64,000 bases of DNA, taken from a virus (Duplodnaviria > Caudoviricetes). The stretch's first letter is position 1; the number at the start of each line of letters is the position of its first letter. The notes beneath the pieces were generated by a model. It worked only from the letters and a program-made list of their open reading frames with translations. It searched no databases and was not told the DNA's origin. This document shows, in pieces, positions 1 to 7,993 of this stretch. The position numbers and the translations under genes were made by a program. The DNA lies in IMG/VR virus record IMGVR_UViG_3300048502_000089, positions 1 through 64,000 of that record. One strand, 5' to 3'.

Positions 1-25
1 AAGCAGTGGTATCAACGCAGAGTAC
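1..25 (+). other. SMART/template-switch (also PacBio low-input amplification) adapter; library artefact
   Basis: Exact AAGCAGTGGTATCAACGCAGAGTAC at positions 1-25. Confidence 0.97.
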
Positions 26-154
26 TCCCCAAGAGTGCTGACGATGCTGACGAACTTCTCGAGCAAAATCCAAAATCTCAAATCACGCCCAGAGAAATCT
101 CTCCCGTAGGTTCCACCAGCCCCTACCCCTACCCCCTCCATCCATAGGTAGGTG

Positions 155-179
155 TTAGCAGTCATTCCATTAGTGCTAA
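155..179. promoter_or_regulatory. Variant operator site (TTAGCAG-N11-GTGCTAA)
   Basis: Same half-sites as the operator family, with spacer 1 nt longer and 1 mismatch. Confidence 0.45.
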
Positions 180-196
180 TTCATAAGTGCTAATCG

Positions 197-220
197 TTAG
201 CAGCCATGAATCGTTGCTAA
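197..220. promoter_or_regulatory. Operator-like palindrome TTAGCAG-N10-(C/T)TGCTAA
   Basis: TTAGCAG ccatgaatcg TTGCTAA; spacer nearly identical to the copy at 14792. Confidence 0.75.
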
Positions 221-470
221 CAGCTAGTCCTCGAGGCGGCAATTCGCTTGGGCGACGACATGTGCAGCCGAGCTGTATGTGGCGATTGTATGTGCTCGCT
301 CTTGATGTACGAGCTCTGACGGCATGTGCTCGCTACTATCCGGCCCTTCCTGGGCCGCGGCGCCGGCAAAGGGGCAGACCCCTAGGGGTGCTTGCGGATT
401 AGTTATCCGCAGTCGGTCCAACGTCGGCGGTCGGGATTGAACCATTGGGACCATCACGGGAGCGGTCTAG

Positions 471-655
471 GGATTCTCCGAGCGCTCAGCTCGCGGGAGG
501 GATTCTCCGCGGCGATGCAGGCCAGCGAAGATCGCCAAGGGGTCAAGCAGGGTCAAGCAGGGTCAGAGAGGGATAGCGACGGATCGCTCAGCAGAGTGGT
601 CTAGAGGTACTTAGAGCGGTAGGGACTGACGGAAGGATTCTCTCCGGCGATTCTC
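471..655 (+). repeat. Short direct repeats in the non-coding end region
   Basis: GGATTCTCCG at 471 and 500, GGATTCTC at 635, CGATTCTC at 648; tandem GGTCAAGCAG x2 plus a degenerate third copy at 541-570. Confidence 0.6.
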
Positions 656-682
656 AGCGCTTATCTGGCGAAGCTCTGAGCG

Positions 683-706
683 TTAGCAGTGATGGACTTC
701 CGCTAA
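683..706. promoter_or_regulatory. Operator-like palindrome
   Basis: TTAGCAG tgatggactt CCGCTAA (1 mismatch). Confidence 0.7.
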
Positions 707-823
707 TCGTCGCTAGTCGATAAGGGATCTAGGATCGGTCTAGCTAGAGTGTTGCGGAGAGGATTCTTCGGGCCGATGTTCGAATCTCCCACGGAGCTTA
801 GATAAAGATTAGCTGAGAATCGA

Positions 824-847
824 TTAGCAGTCTTGCATTACTGCTAA
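824..847. promoter_or_regulatory. Operator-like palindrome overlapping the -35 of the putative early promoter
   Basis: Perfect ATTAGCAG tcttgcatta CTGCTAAT. Confidence 0.8.
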
Positions 848-860
848 TTGTCTGTAGACT
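833..860 (+). promoter_or_regulatory. Putative sigma70/HrdB-type early promoter
   Basis: TTGCAT (833-838), 16-nt spacer, TAGACT (855-860), upstream of first ORF. Confidence 0.5.
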
Positions 861-916
861 CCCGAGCGCAGCGATCCTCTAGAATCACTCCAGCGAATTG
901 AAAGCGAGCGAAGGCA

Positions 917-1474
917 ATGCAAGAATCAAGCGATTATCGGGTGCGCGCGGAGGATATGGCGTTCGCTGAGCGTATGGCGCGGGAGGATGCGACCGAGATT
1001 GACAATCTAGTCCACTTTGGCGGTTCCCCTGTAGTCGCTGGAGAGGTCGCGTGCATTGTCGATGGTTCGCAATTCTCCCCTAGTTGGCGCAGACTCGACG
1101 GCGGAGCAGCTGTATGGTCGCGCGCTATTGAAGAATTGCGCGAGGTGACACTCTGCGAAGTCTACAGCGAGACACTTGACCGCGCGGTCGACGCCATCGA
1201 CTGCCAAGGAGGCTCGCTCTATTGGGAGGATGGATGTTTGTTTCTCAGCGGCCCCGATGCCGAGGACCCCGCGCTGAGCGAAGATACCGAACCATTCGCG
1301 CAGACGTTCAATCTGTCGATCAGTATGGGTAATGACGCGATGCGCACGCCGATGGGAATTGCGAGCGCGCTGCGCAGCGCAGCGCGGCGCATAGAGGATT
1401 ATGAGCCTCTGAGCGGGACGATTCTCGATGCTAATGGTAACACAGTCGGTGAGTGGTCTTTCGACCGTAGCTAG
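917..1474 (+). CDS. Hypothetical acidic protein (185 aa)
   Basis: ORF preceded by GAAAGCGAG at 900-908; D/E-rich. Confidence 0.8.
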   Translation: MQESSDYRVRAEDMAFAERMAREDATEIDNLVHFGGSPVVAGEVACIVDGSQFSPSWRRLDGGAAVWSRAIEELREVTLCEVYSETLDRAVDAIDCQGGSLYWEDGCLFLSGPDAEDPALSEDTEPFAQTFNLSISMGNDAMRTPMGIASALRSAARRIEDYEPLSGTILDANGNTVGEWSFDRS

Positions 1475-1480
1475 CCTCTC

Positions 1481-1529
1481 AGCGCGTGCTAGGTGTGATT
1501 CTGAGCGGTTCGATTCCGCTCGCGCGCTA
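1481..1529 (+). ncRNA. tRNA-like acceptor/T-arm minihelix element (candidate processing signal)
   Basis: AGCGCGT(1481-87)/GCGCGCT(1522-28) 7-bp stem stacked on GAGCGG-TTCGATT-CCGCTC T-arm; 15-nt linker in place of the D and anticodon arms. Confidence 0.5.
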
Positions 1530-1571
1530 TATCCCGCCGTTAGAGTGCGGGCGAAGTGAAAGCGAGACACA

Positions 1572-2567
1572 ATGCGAGATAGGGCCGACGTTACAATGAC
1601 GCGCCAAACCGCTGAGGGCTTTCTAGTCGCGCACGTTCGGCGCGAGCATGGACACTTTAGCGTGACCGGCGATCTTTACACATCGCGCCGTGCATACGAT
1701 CTAGGGTCGGAGTCTGCAATTATCGCGTGCGGATGTCTGCACGCGGAGATTCTGCGCGCGTTCCCTGAGCTTGCGCAGATTGTCGCACTGCACCTATCCG
1801 ATGTCACTACGGGCGAACCGATGCACGCTGAGAGTAATGCGAGCTATTTCTACTTGGGCGCATATTCGCTCGGATCGTGGCGGGACGATTACGGATACGC
1901 TCAGCGCGCTGGATTAAGCGCGTCTGATTATGCGCGCAAGCTAGCGGCCGCCGCGCTGAGAATCGAGCCCGATGACTTCCCGGCCGAGCTGCACGCGCTA
2001 GCGGTCAAGATTGGCACCTATGCGCCGGATACAATGGCGCGGGAGGATGCAGAGCAAACATTCCGCGATGCATTCTCAGTATTTGTCGATGCTCAGCGCG
2101 AGCGTTGGCAGAATGAAGCGCGCGACGCTAATGCGTGGATCGACGCGCACGCTACGCCAGACGTTAGCGATCCGGCCGACGTTGCAAGCGGCGAGACATA
2201 CGCTCAGACGTTCGACGCCGGCCTAAGCGTGCGCGCGAAGCTGACCGGTGAGACCGCCGATAGCATCGGTGGCCATTATCAGTACCGCGTAACCGTTAGC
2301 ACGGTTGGTCAACATTACCGCGGTACCTTTACAGGCTCGGCCGCGGATTATGACGACGGACGGATAGACGCGCGGCAAGCTGCGCTAGGTGTGCTAAGCG
2401 ATCTTTGCCTCTACCGGGACCGCGACGCCGACGATCTAGCGGCCGATTATGGTCTAACACAATCTCCGCATGATCGCGGAGTCTTGCAGGCTATGCGTCG
2501 GCAGTGTCGCGCGTATGAGCGTATGAGCGATGCCATCGACGCCAACGCGCACCTATTCGGGCAATGA
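1572..2567 (+). CDS. Hypothetical protein (331 aa)
   Basis: Long ORF; GAAAGCGAG 5 nt upstream of ATG. Confidence 0.85.
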   Translation: MRDRADVTMTRQTAEGFLVAHVRREHGHFSVTGDLYTSRRAYDLGSESAIIACGCLHAEILRAFPELAQIVALHLSDVTTGEPMHAESNASYFYLGAYSLGSWRDDYGYAQRAGLSASDYARKLAAAALRIEPDDFPAELHALAVKIGTYAPDTMAREDAEQTFRDAFSVFVDAQRERWQNEARDANAWIDAHATPDVSDPADVASGETYAQTFDAGLSVRAKLTGETADSIGGHYQYRVTVSTVGQHYRGTFTGSAADYDDGRIDARQAALGVLSDLCLYRDRDADDLAADYGLTQSPHDRGVLQAMRRQCRAYERMSDAIDANAHLFGQ

Positions 2568-2725
2568 GTAAGCGAGCAAAGATCCTCCGGGCAATCCGTG
2601 CGACGTTCTATGCGGTCGGATACGCGGAGCATCATAGACGGTAGGGCTCAGTCGCGCGTGCGCTCACGGATCGGCGCGCGGCCCTGTAGTGGCAATCAAT
2701 CGACCCATAAGGAAAGCGAGACATA

Positions 2726-2977
2726 ATGCGCAAGACCCTAGCTTCAATCATCGCCACGGTAGCGTTCGCAGCTTTGCCGGCGTCGGCGTCGGCACTATTC
2801 CCGACAATGTGCGCGCAGCTTCGCAGCGAACTACCGGGTGCGACGATCCTAGCCTGTAACAATCGCACCGGGCAATTTGTCGGCGTGCTAGCGAGCGCTC
2901 AGCTAGTCCACGGGCGCATACGATGGGCGGGTCGCTTTACCGTCCACTATTGGAGCGGCCCTAGCTACAGGCGTTAG
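2726..2977 (+). CDS. Small secreted/exported protein (83 aa)
   Basis: MRKTLASIIATVAFAALPASASA signal-peptide pattern; two Cys; GAAAGCGAG upstream. Confidence 0.75.
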   Translation: MRKTLASIIATVAFAALPASASALFPTMCAQLRSELPGATILACNNRTGQFVGVLASAQLVHGRIRWAGRFTVHYWSGPSYRR

Positions 2978-3071
2978 CGGGGCGAACGCTAGAGCCCGTG
3001 TCAATCGGTGCGGACTTTAGCGCTCGCGCACTAGCGAGACCCATACCCCTAAGAATCGAAAGCGAGACATA

Positions 3072-3197
3072 ATGCGAGACCGTAAGAACGACTACCGCCG
3101 CACCGATAAGACGCGCTCTAGCGCCGCGCGTGCCACGACGTTGGAGCGTAAAGCGATCCGAGCAATCAAATACGCGAATCCGAGCCCGGCGCGATGA
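3072..3197 (+). CDS. Small basic protein (41 aa; not in ORF track)
   Basis: GAAAGCGAG-acata-ATG; MRDRKNDYRRTDKTRSSAARATTLERKAIRAIKYANPSPAR. Confidence 0.65.
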   Translation: MRDRKNDYRRTDKTRSSAARATTLERKAIRAIKYANPSPAR

Positions 3198-3310
3198 CAT
3201 ACAAAGTGCGGACGGTCGCTGGGATCCTGCTAACCACTACTGACCCGCTGCGAGCTGCGATGTGGCGCAAGCGTGGAGCGAAGGTGCTAGCGATCCCTGC
3301 GAACCGATAG
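3194..3310 (+). CDS. Small protein (38 aa; not in ORF track)
   Basis: ATGA overlap with upstream stop; MTYKVRTVAGILLTTTDPLRAAMWRKRGAKVLAIPANR. Confidence 0.55.
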   Translation: MTYKVRTVAGILLTTTDPLRAAMWRKRGAKVLAIPANR

Positions 3311-3408
3311 CGGATCGGATACGGGCGCACGTTAGAGCGATCTAGCGCGCGTCTGTACCCGCTCGACTACCGACCGGGAACAACCCCTAGTGAAAGCGAG
3401 AACAAACG

Positions 3409-4686
3409 ATGCGAACCTATGCCGATGCTACGGAATACCTCGCGGCCGGGCGATCCAAAGATGATCGACCCCTAGCCAATAACACTCGCTTGCAATCCCG
3501 CGGCGATGACATCGCGGTTAGATTGCACGCTACCGATGTAGTTACATACCGTCCCGATGGCACTGTGGCGCTCAGCGCTGGCGCTGGCCATTGGCATACC
3601 AAAACAACGATGGATCGTATTCGCACGTACAGCGGCGCGCGACTCTACAGCGAGAGAAACGTTTGGTATGTCCGCACTGAGCCCGATGCAAACGACTCGG
3701 AGCTGGCGCTTATATGGCGCTCGATTCCCACGCCATATGAAGCTAACGATCCCGGTGGAGAGCCCGTCAAGTCTGCCGACGGTTGCATGGTTGGCACTGT
3801 CACATATGAGATTGAGCATCGGCGCGACCTACTGAGCAAATACGATATTGAGTGCGACGGTATCGAGCCCGATGAACCATACGAACATGAGAGCGGATAT
3901 TTCGTTGGCTATCGTGTCCATGATGTCAACGTCGCTACCCGCTACCGGACAGACTCATATGCAGGCTATGGACATAAAGTCGAGCCCGTAGCGGACGCCG
4001 ACGAAACGCGCGAAGTACAGTGCCAGCATTGCGCCGCATTCGACGCGCTGCATCGCGCTTGGGATCTCGCCTACAATGGCGAATCTTGGGGTCGCAATTC
4101 CGGCCGTGGCTACCGTCGAATGACTGAGCTATTGGCAGAGTACGGATCGCGCGAAGCATGGAAAGCCGCGGCGCTCGCGGACTTTCGAGCTGTGAGATCC
4201 AACCGTCAATCTGTGCGCGAATGGGAAGTTCGCAACCGTGTGCTATTCGTTGACGATATCACGGTCAATGCAGACGGATACGCTCAGCGGCCGGACGCTC
4301 GCAGGATGGCTAAGGATGTGCGCAAGCGGGCGAAACTCGACCGGGAGGTTGCACGTATTGATAAGTTCGTTGATCATTGCATCGCCAAAGTCGCGGCAGG
4401 CAAGGTGCCGATGCCGAGCAATGGCGATTGCTGGTTTTGCTTGGGGATGGACGATGGCGGTTCTCCCGATCACTTGGCCGCTCATATGCGCGAGCGGTAC
4501 GTTGTACCGTCCATGCTTATCAACGCGCTCAGATTCGCCGGATATCCAGACGCAGGGATCGGGATATCCCTTGGGATGGCACCGGACGCAACTCACCTTA
4601 GCTTTGGATTCTCTCCCGATGGCGAGACCGTAAAGCGCGCATTGCGCCGCTACCTTATGCGGCGCTTGCTAAGTGACTCAATCTAA
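3409..4686 (+). CDS. Hypothetical phage protein (425 aa) with Cys/His motifs
   Basis: Long ORF, GAAAGCGAG upstream; CxxC motifs (CQHC, CWFC). Confidence 0.85.
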   Translation: MRTYADATEYLAAGRSKDDRPLANNTRLQSRGDDIAVRLHATDVVTYRPDGTVALSAGAGHWHTKTTMDRIRTYSGARLYSERNVWYVRTEPDANDSELALIWRSIPTPYEANDPGGEPVKSADGCMVGTVTYEIEHRRDLLSKYDIECDGIEPDEPYEHESGYFVGYRVHDVNVATRYRTDSYAGYGHKVEPVADADETREVQCQHCAAFDALHRAWDLAYNGESWGRNSGRGYRRMTELLAEYGSREAWKAAALADFRAVRSNRQSVREWEVRNRVLFVDDITVNADGYAQRPDARRMAKDVRKRAKLDREVARIDKFVDHCIAKVAAGKVPMPSNGDCWFCLGMDDGGSPDHLAAHMRERYVVPSMLINALRFAGYPDAGIGISLGMAPDATHLSFGFSPDGETVKRALRRYLMRRLLSDSI

Positions 4687-4711
4687 ACCAACCCCAAGCG
4701 AAAGCGAGGCA

Positions 4712-5023
4712 ATGATGGATCTAGCAGACTGCTATATCGGCCAGCGCGTAGAGCTTGCGCCGCATATGGATCTATGGATGCGCGGCGCGCGCTATGGGTC
4801 AGTCGTGGAGATACTAACCGGGCGCGAGCTAGGCTTTGTGCGCGTGCGCGTGGACGCTATCGACCGCGTAAAGGCTTTCCGCGCAGACGATCTAACCGAT
4901 GTTTATGACACGGCGCACAATCGGCGCGCAGCGGCGCTACACCGCGGGGACATCACGCCAGAGGAATTGGAAACGTGGACCGATCCTACCCCAAGCGAAA
5001 GCGAGGCAAACGATGGCCGCTAA
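4712..5023 (+). CDS. Hypothetical protein, possible SH3/KOW-like beta fold (103 aa)
   Basis: Start moved to ATG after GAAAGCGAG (4700-08); IGQRVEL...GSVVEI pattern. Confidence 0.7.
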   Translation: MMDLADCYIGQRVELAPHMDLWMRGARYGSVVEILTGRELGFVRVRVDAIDRVKAFRADDLTDVYDTAHNRRAAALHRGDITPEELETWTDPTPSESEANDGR

Positions 5024-5291
5024 CCCTAAGTGTGATGCGCAACGCTGCAAAGACTCGCAAGGTCGCGCCGGCCGGATAGACGCTATCCGCGGAATGACGC
5101 AAGCTGATCTAGACCGCGGCGAAACTGGCGAATACAGCGCCGACGTTGGCACATGCTCCGACGATCTAGTGACAATCTGGCACGGGCTCGATACGCCTGC
5201 CATCGCGTGTGGCAAGCACGCGTGCTATAGCCCAGTAGCAGTATTCCGCGGGCATCGCACCCGGATAAACGAAAGCGAGCCCGCGCGATGA
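5013..5291 (+). CDS. Hypothetical Cys-rich protein (92 aa)
   Basis: ATG 7 nt after GAAAGCGAG (4997-5005). Confidence 0.7.
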   Translation: MAANPKCDAQRCKDSQGRAGRIDAIRGMTQADLDRGETGEYSADVGTCSDDLVTIWHGLDTPAIACGKHACYSPVAVFRGHRTRINESEPAR

Positions 5292-5431
5292 CTACCTCTC
5301 AGCTATGGGCAATTGCAGCGCTCGCGCGAGTAGCTGCGCCAGAACCGCGCTCAGCGCGGCCCGTCAAGTCACCTAAGACTGTGCGAATCGTCCGGCCGAA
5401 CTACATAGCAGAATGGGAGGTTATGCGATGA
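5288..5431 (+). CDS. Small protein (47 aa; not in ORF track)
   Basis: ATG 8 nt after GAAAGCGAG (5271-79); ATGA overlaps at both ends. Confidence 0.6.
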   Translation: MTTSQLWAIAALARVAAPEPRSARPVKSPKTVRIVRPNYIAEWEVMR

Positions 5432-6033
5432 GAGAGTTCTACGTTAGCCGGCAAAGCTACTGGCACGAGGATGGCGCGTACGCGGTGGAGATTGCCCGCG
5501 AACTTGACTACAGCGGTCCCGGTGCGCTAGGCGCGAAGTATCCGGGGGAAGGTTGCGAGTATCTTGACCCGCGCGAAGCTGCGCAAGCTGCAATCAGTGT
5601 GCGCGAAGCTTGGCTAGCGGATCTAGCTGCAAAGCATGATAGCCGCGACGGAGCAATGCGGGAGGTTGCGCTAACCCTCGCAATGAATGATCTAGTCTAC
5701 CCCGTTACCGATGACGGTCTAGAGCCCGCTGAGCTGATCGAATGGGCGGATAAGCGAGCTGAGTCGATGGCGCATTGCGAGCATTGCGGACTACCGTGCG
5801 AATCGGACGGATACAGTGACTATGGCGAACCATTCTCAGCGTGTGATAGCGATTGCGCAGAGCGATACGTGGAGAGTTTGCGCGAGCCCGATTATGACGA
5901 CGCCGACGATGAAAGCTTTGCGTCGATCATCGTAGACGGCCGATGGCGCGCGATTGACGGATATGCCGATGATGGCACGCCGATCCTCTCAGAGAATCAG
6001 TTTCCTACCCCTACGGATGAAAGCGAGGCATAG
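5428..6033 (+). CDS. Acidic protein with Zn-ribbon-like CxxC motifs (201 aa)
   Basis: GGAGG SD; CEHC..C and CDSDC; D/E-rich. Confidence 0.8.
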   Translation: MREFYVSRQSYWHEDGAYAVEIARELDYSGPGALGAKYPGEGCEYLDPREAAQAAISVREAWLADLAAKHDSRDGAMREVALTLAMNDLVYPVTDDGLEPAELIEWADKRAESMAHCEHCGLPCESDGYSDYGEPFSACDSDCAERYVESLREPDYDDADDESFASIIVDGRWRAIDGYADDGTPILSENQFPTPTDESEA

Positions 6034-6546
6034 ATGACCGCAGAGACTCCCGAGGCACTACTCGCCGCGATGCAGACGCCTACCTATGACGATGATGGCA
6101 ATGAGCGCATTGATATCTGTACGTGTGGAACTTGCGGGCGCTCGTGGAATGACGCCGCGGTGTCACAATGGACGCCGACGCCTAGCGCTCGATGCCCGTT
6201 TGAGTATGAGCACGTCTACGATGACGATGCACTGTATGAACAGAGGCTAGAGCGCGGTCGCGCACAATGGGGCGATAAGTTCGATCCAAGCTCGCTTGAA
6301 GTGGCGAGTCAATTTATCCCATACTTCAATAGCGATCAGCGCGTGCGCGTGCGCACCGGCGGGCAGGAATTGACCGGGAGGATTGGCACAACTAGCGGTT
6401 GGCGTCCGTCATTCCTGCTAATGCGGCGCTCTAGCGACCGCGGATCTAGCTATCTGCTAGGCGCGGGCGATGTCATCGTCGCGGTGCAATACGGTCGCCG
6501 CTACGTGCCGGTAGCGAATCTCTACGTGCGACCGGGAGTGAACTAA
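6034..6546 (+). CDS. Hypothetical protein with N-terminal Zn ribbon (170 aa)
   Basis: CTCGTCGRSW...CPFEYEH; GAAAGCGAG upstream. Confidence 0.8.
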   Translation: MTAETPEALLAAMQTPTYDDDGNERIDICTCGTCGRSWNDAAVSQWTPTPSARCPFEYEHVYDDDALYEQRLERGRAQWGDKFDPSSLEVASQFIPYFNSDQRVRVRTGGQELTGRIGTTSGWRPSFLLMRRSSDRGSSYLLGAGDVIVAVQYGRRYVPVANLYVRPGVN

Positions 6547-6782
6547 TGGCACGCTCTGAGCTGATTGAGTTTGAGATTCTTTGGTATGCCGGCGGTCCCG
6601 AATGGGCACCGAATCGCTGCATCGGGCGCGAGCATATTCGCAAGCGCGATCTAACCGCGGCGATCACAACCGCGTGCAACATGCTGAAAGCGGGCAAAGG
6701 ATGCCACGACGGATACGCGCACGGATTCTACGTGCGGAAAGCGCCGGCACAATTGCAAACGACGCGGGAGGTAAACCGATGA
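6546..6782 (+). CDS. Hypothetical protein (78 aa)
   Basis: TAATG stop/start overlap. Confidence 0.7.
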   Translation: MARSELIEFEILWYAGGPEWAPNRCIGREHIRKRDLTAAITTACNMLKAGKGCHDGYAHGFYVRKAPAQLQTTREVNR

Positions 6783-7057
6783 AGATGGCACCGGCAGACT
6801 ACGATGCGCTGAGCGCGCTTATTAGACCATTCGACACGGCCGAGACTCGCGCCCCGTACATCGCGCGAGATATCCCGCGCGCCGATGCAGTGCAAGACTT
6901 TGACAAACGCTACCGCTGGGATCTACTTTGGTATGTACGCGCACGCAACCGGGAATTGGTAGACCCCATAATAATGTCCGGTCTGTATGACGACGCACAT
7001 ATCGACACGGCGCTGCGCAAGATCGTCCCGCCCCTACTCACTGAAAGCGAGGCATAG
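6779..7057 (+). CDS. Hypothetical protein (92 aa)
   Basis: GGGAGG SD then ATG at 6779; ATGA overlap. Confidence 0.75.
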   Translation: MKMAPADYDALSALIRPFDTAETRAPYIARDIPRADAVQDFDKRYRWDLLWYVRARNRELVDPIIMSGLYDDAHIDTALRKIVPPLLTESEA

Positions 7058-7459
7058 ATGCCGCTAGAGACTTTGCCAGACGGTACGCCACTATGGGCAG
7101 ACTTGAACGCCGAGCCCGCAATTAGTATTGAATATCTCGGCTGCATCTATAACGGCGGGGAGACTTTCGACGCCTACCATGCAGGTTTTGAGGTAACGGA
7201 TCGCAGAGCTGACGCTGACGATCCTATCGTCGACCGATTCGGGCTCGACATCGGTGCAACCGGGAATGTGCCGAACGGCGTTTGTATGTCCACGGAGTAT
7301 TTCCACGATCATCTAGTGGAGGATGACCCCGAGCGATGGAGCTGGATCGAATGGGCGGCGCTCCCCGAGCCCGTACAGAATGCGATTCTAGGTGAGGTTG
7401 AGCTACTTGAATGGGCCGGCGTACCGGAGTTCGATGAAAGCGAGGATAACGATGACTGA
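7058..7459 (+). CDS. Highly acidic protein (133 aa)
   Basis: About a quarter of residues D/E, 4 Arg, no Lys; GAAAGCGAG upstream. Confidence 0.8.
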   Translation: MPLETLPDGTPLWADLNAEPAISIEYLGCIYNGGETFDAYHAGFEVTDRRADADDPIVDRFGLDIGATGNVPNGVCMSTEYFHDHLVEDDPERWSWIEWAALPEPVQNAILGEVELLEWAGVPEFDESEDNDD

Positions 7460-7805
7460 CCTAAGTGACTGTATGGAGTTCGATCACGTCATTACCGTAC
7501 ATGAGGATGGTTCGATCACAGACGGACCGCAGAGTCTCTACGCGCCTACCCTGGAAGATGAAGAGCTGGACGATAGGCGATGGTCATTCTTTAGCGCGGG
7601 ATACAGCGGGCAGTACGGATACAGCGGCCCGATCATGCACAATTCCGAATACATCGGCGGTAGGCTAGCCGATGACATTATCGCTACCCCTGGGATCTAT
7701 GCGGCAGTCGTCGCGTATTGGACAAACGACGATCCCGACGACGATGCGGGATCGGATAGCGAAGGTTGGGCAATCGTCACTTACAACGGAGAGGTAAGTG
7801 TATGA
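7452..7805 (+). CDS. Highly acidic protein (117 aa)
   Basis: ATG 7 nt after GAAAGCGAG (7436-44); about 24 D/E, 3 Arg, no Lys. Confidence 0.8.
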   Translation: MTDLSDCMEFDHVITVHEDGSITDGPQSLYAPTLEDEELDDRRWSFFSAGYSGQYGYSGPIMHNSEYIGGRLADDIIATPGIYAAVVAYWTNDDPDDDAGSDSEGWAIVTYNGEVSV

Positions 7806-7993
7806 CTAGCTACAGGGTTAGGTGGGACATCGACGTGGACGCTGACTCTCCACACGCCGCGGCGCGAGCTGCGCGGGAGATAATGCTCGACCCCCATTCG
7901 ACCGCGACTTACTTCCGCATCATCGACAATGAGAATGGATCGAAGTGTGGAGTCAACCTAGAGCGCGAGATATGGGAAGGTGAGTTTGTATGA
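7802..7993 (+). CDS. Hypothetical protein (63 aa)
   Basis: GGAGAGG SD, ATGA overlap; YRVRWDIDVDADSP. Confidence 0.7.
   Translation: MTSYRVRWDIDVDADSPHAAARAAREIMLDPHSTATYFRIIDNENGSKCGVNLEREIWEGEFV

Noticed and set aside
433-443. GGTTCAATCCC on the - strand resembling a tRNA T-loop
   Set aside because: Flanks do not form a T-stem or acceptor stem
187-604. ORFs 187-402, 224-457 and 392-604 in the end region
   Set aside because: No RBS, protein sequences look non-coding, and they overlap operator palindromes and repeats
900-7444. Regularly recurring GAAAGCGAG as a CRISPR-like array
   Set aside because: Repeats are 9-22 bp, irregularly spaced by whole genes; no cas operon
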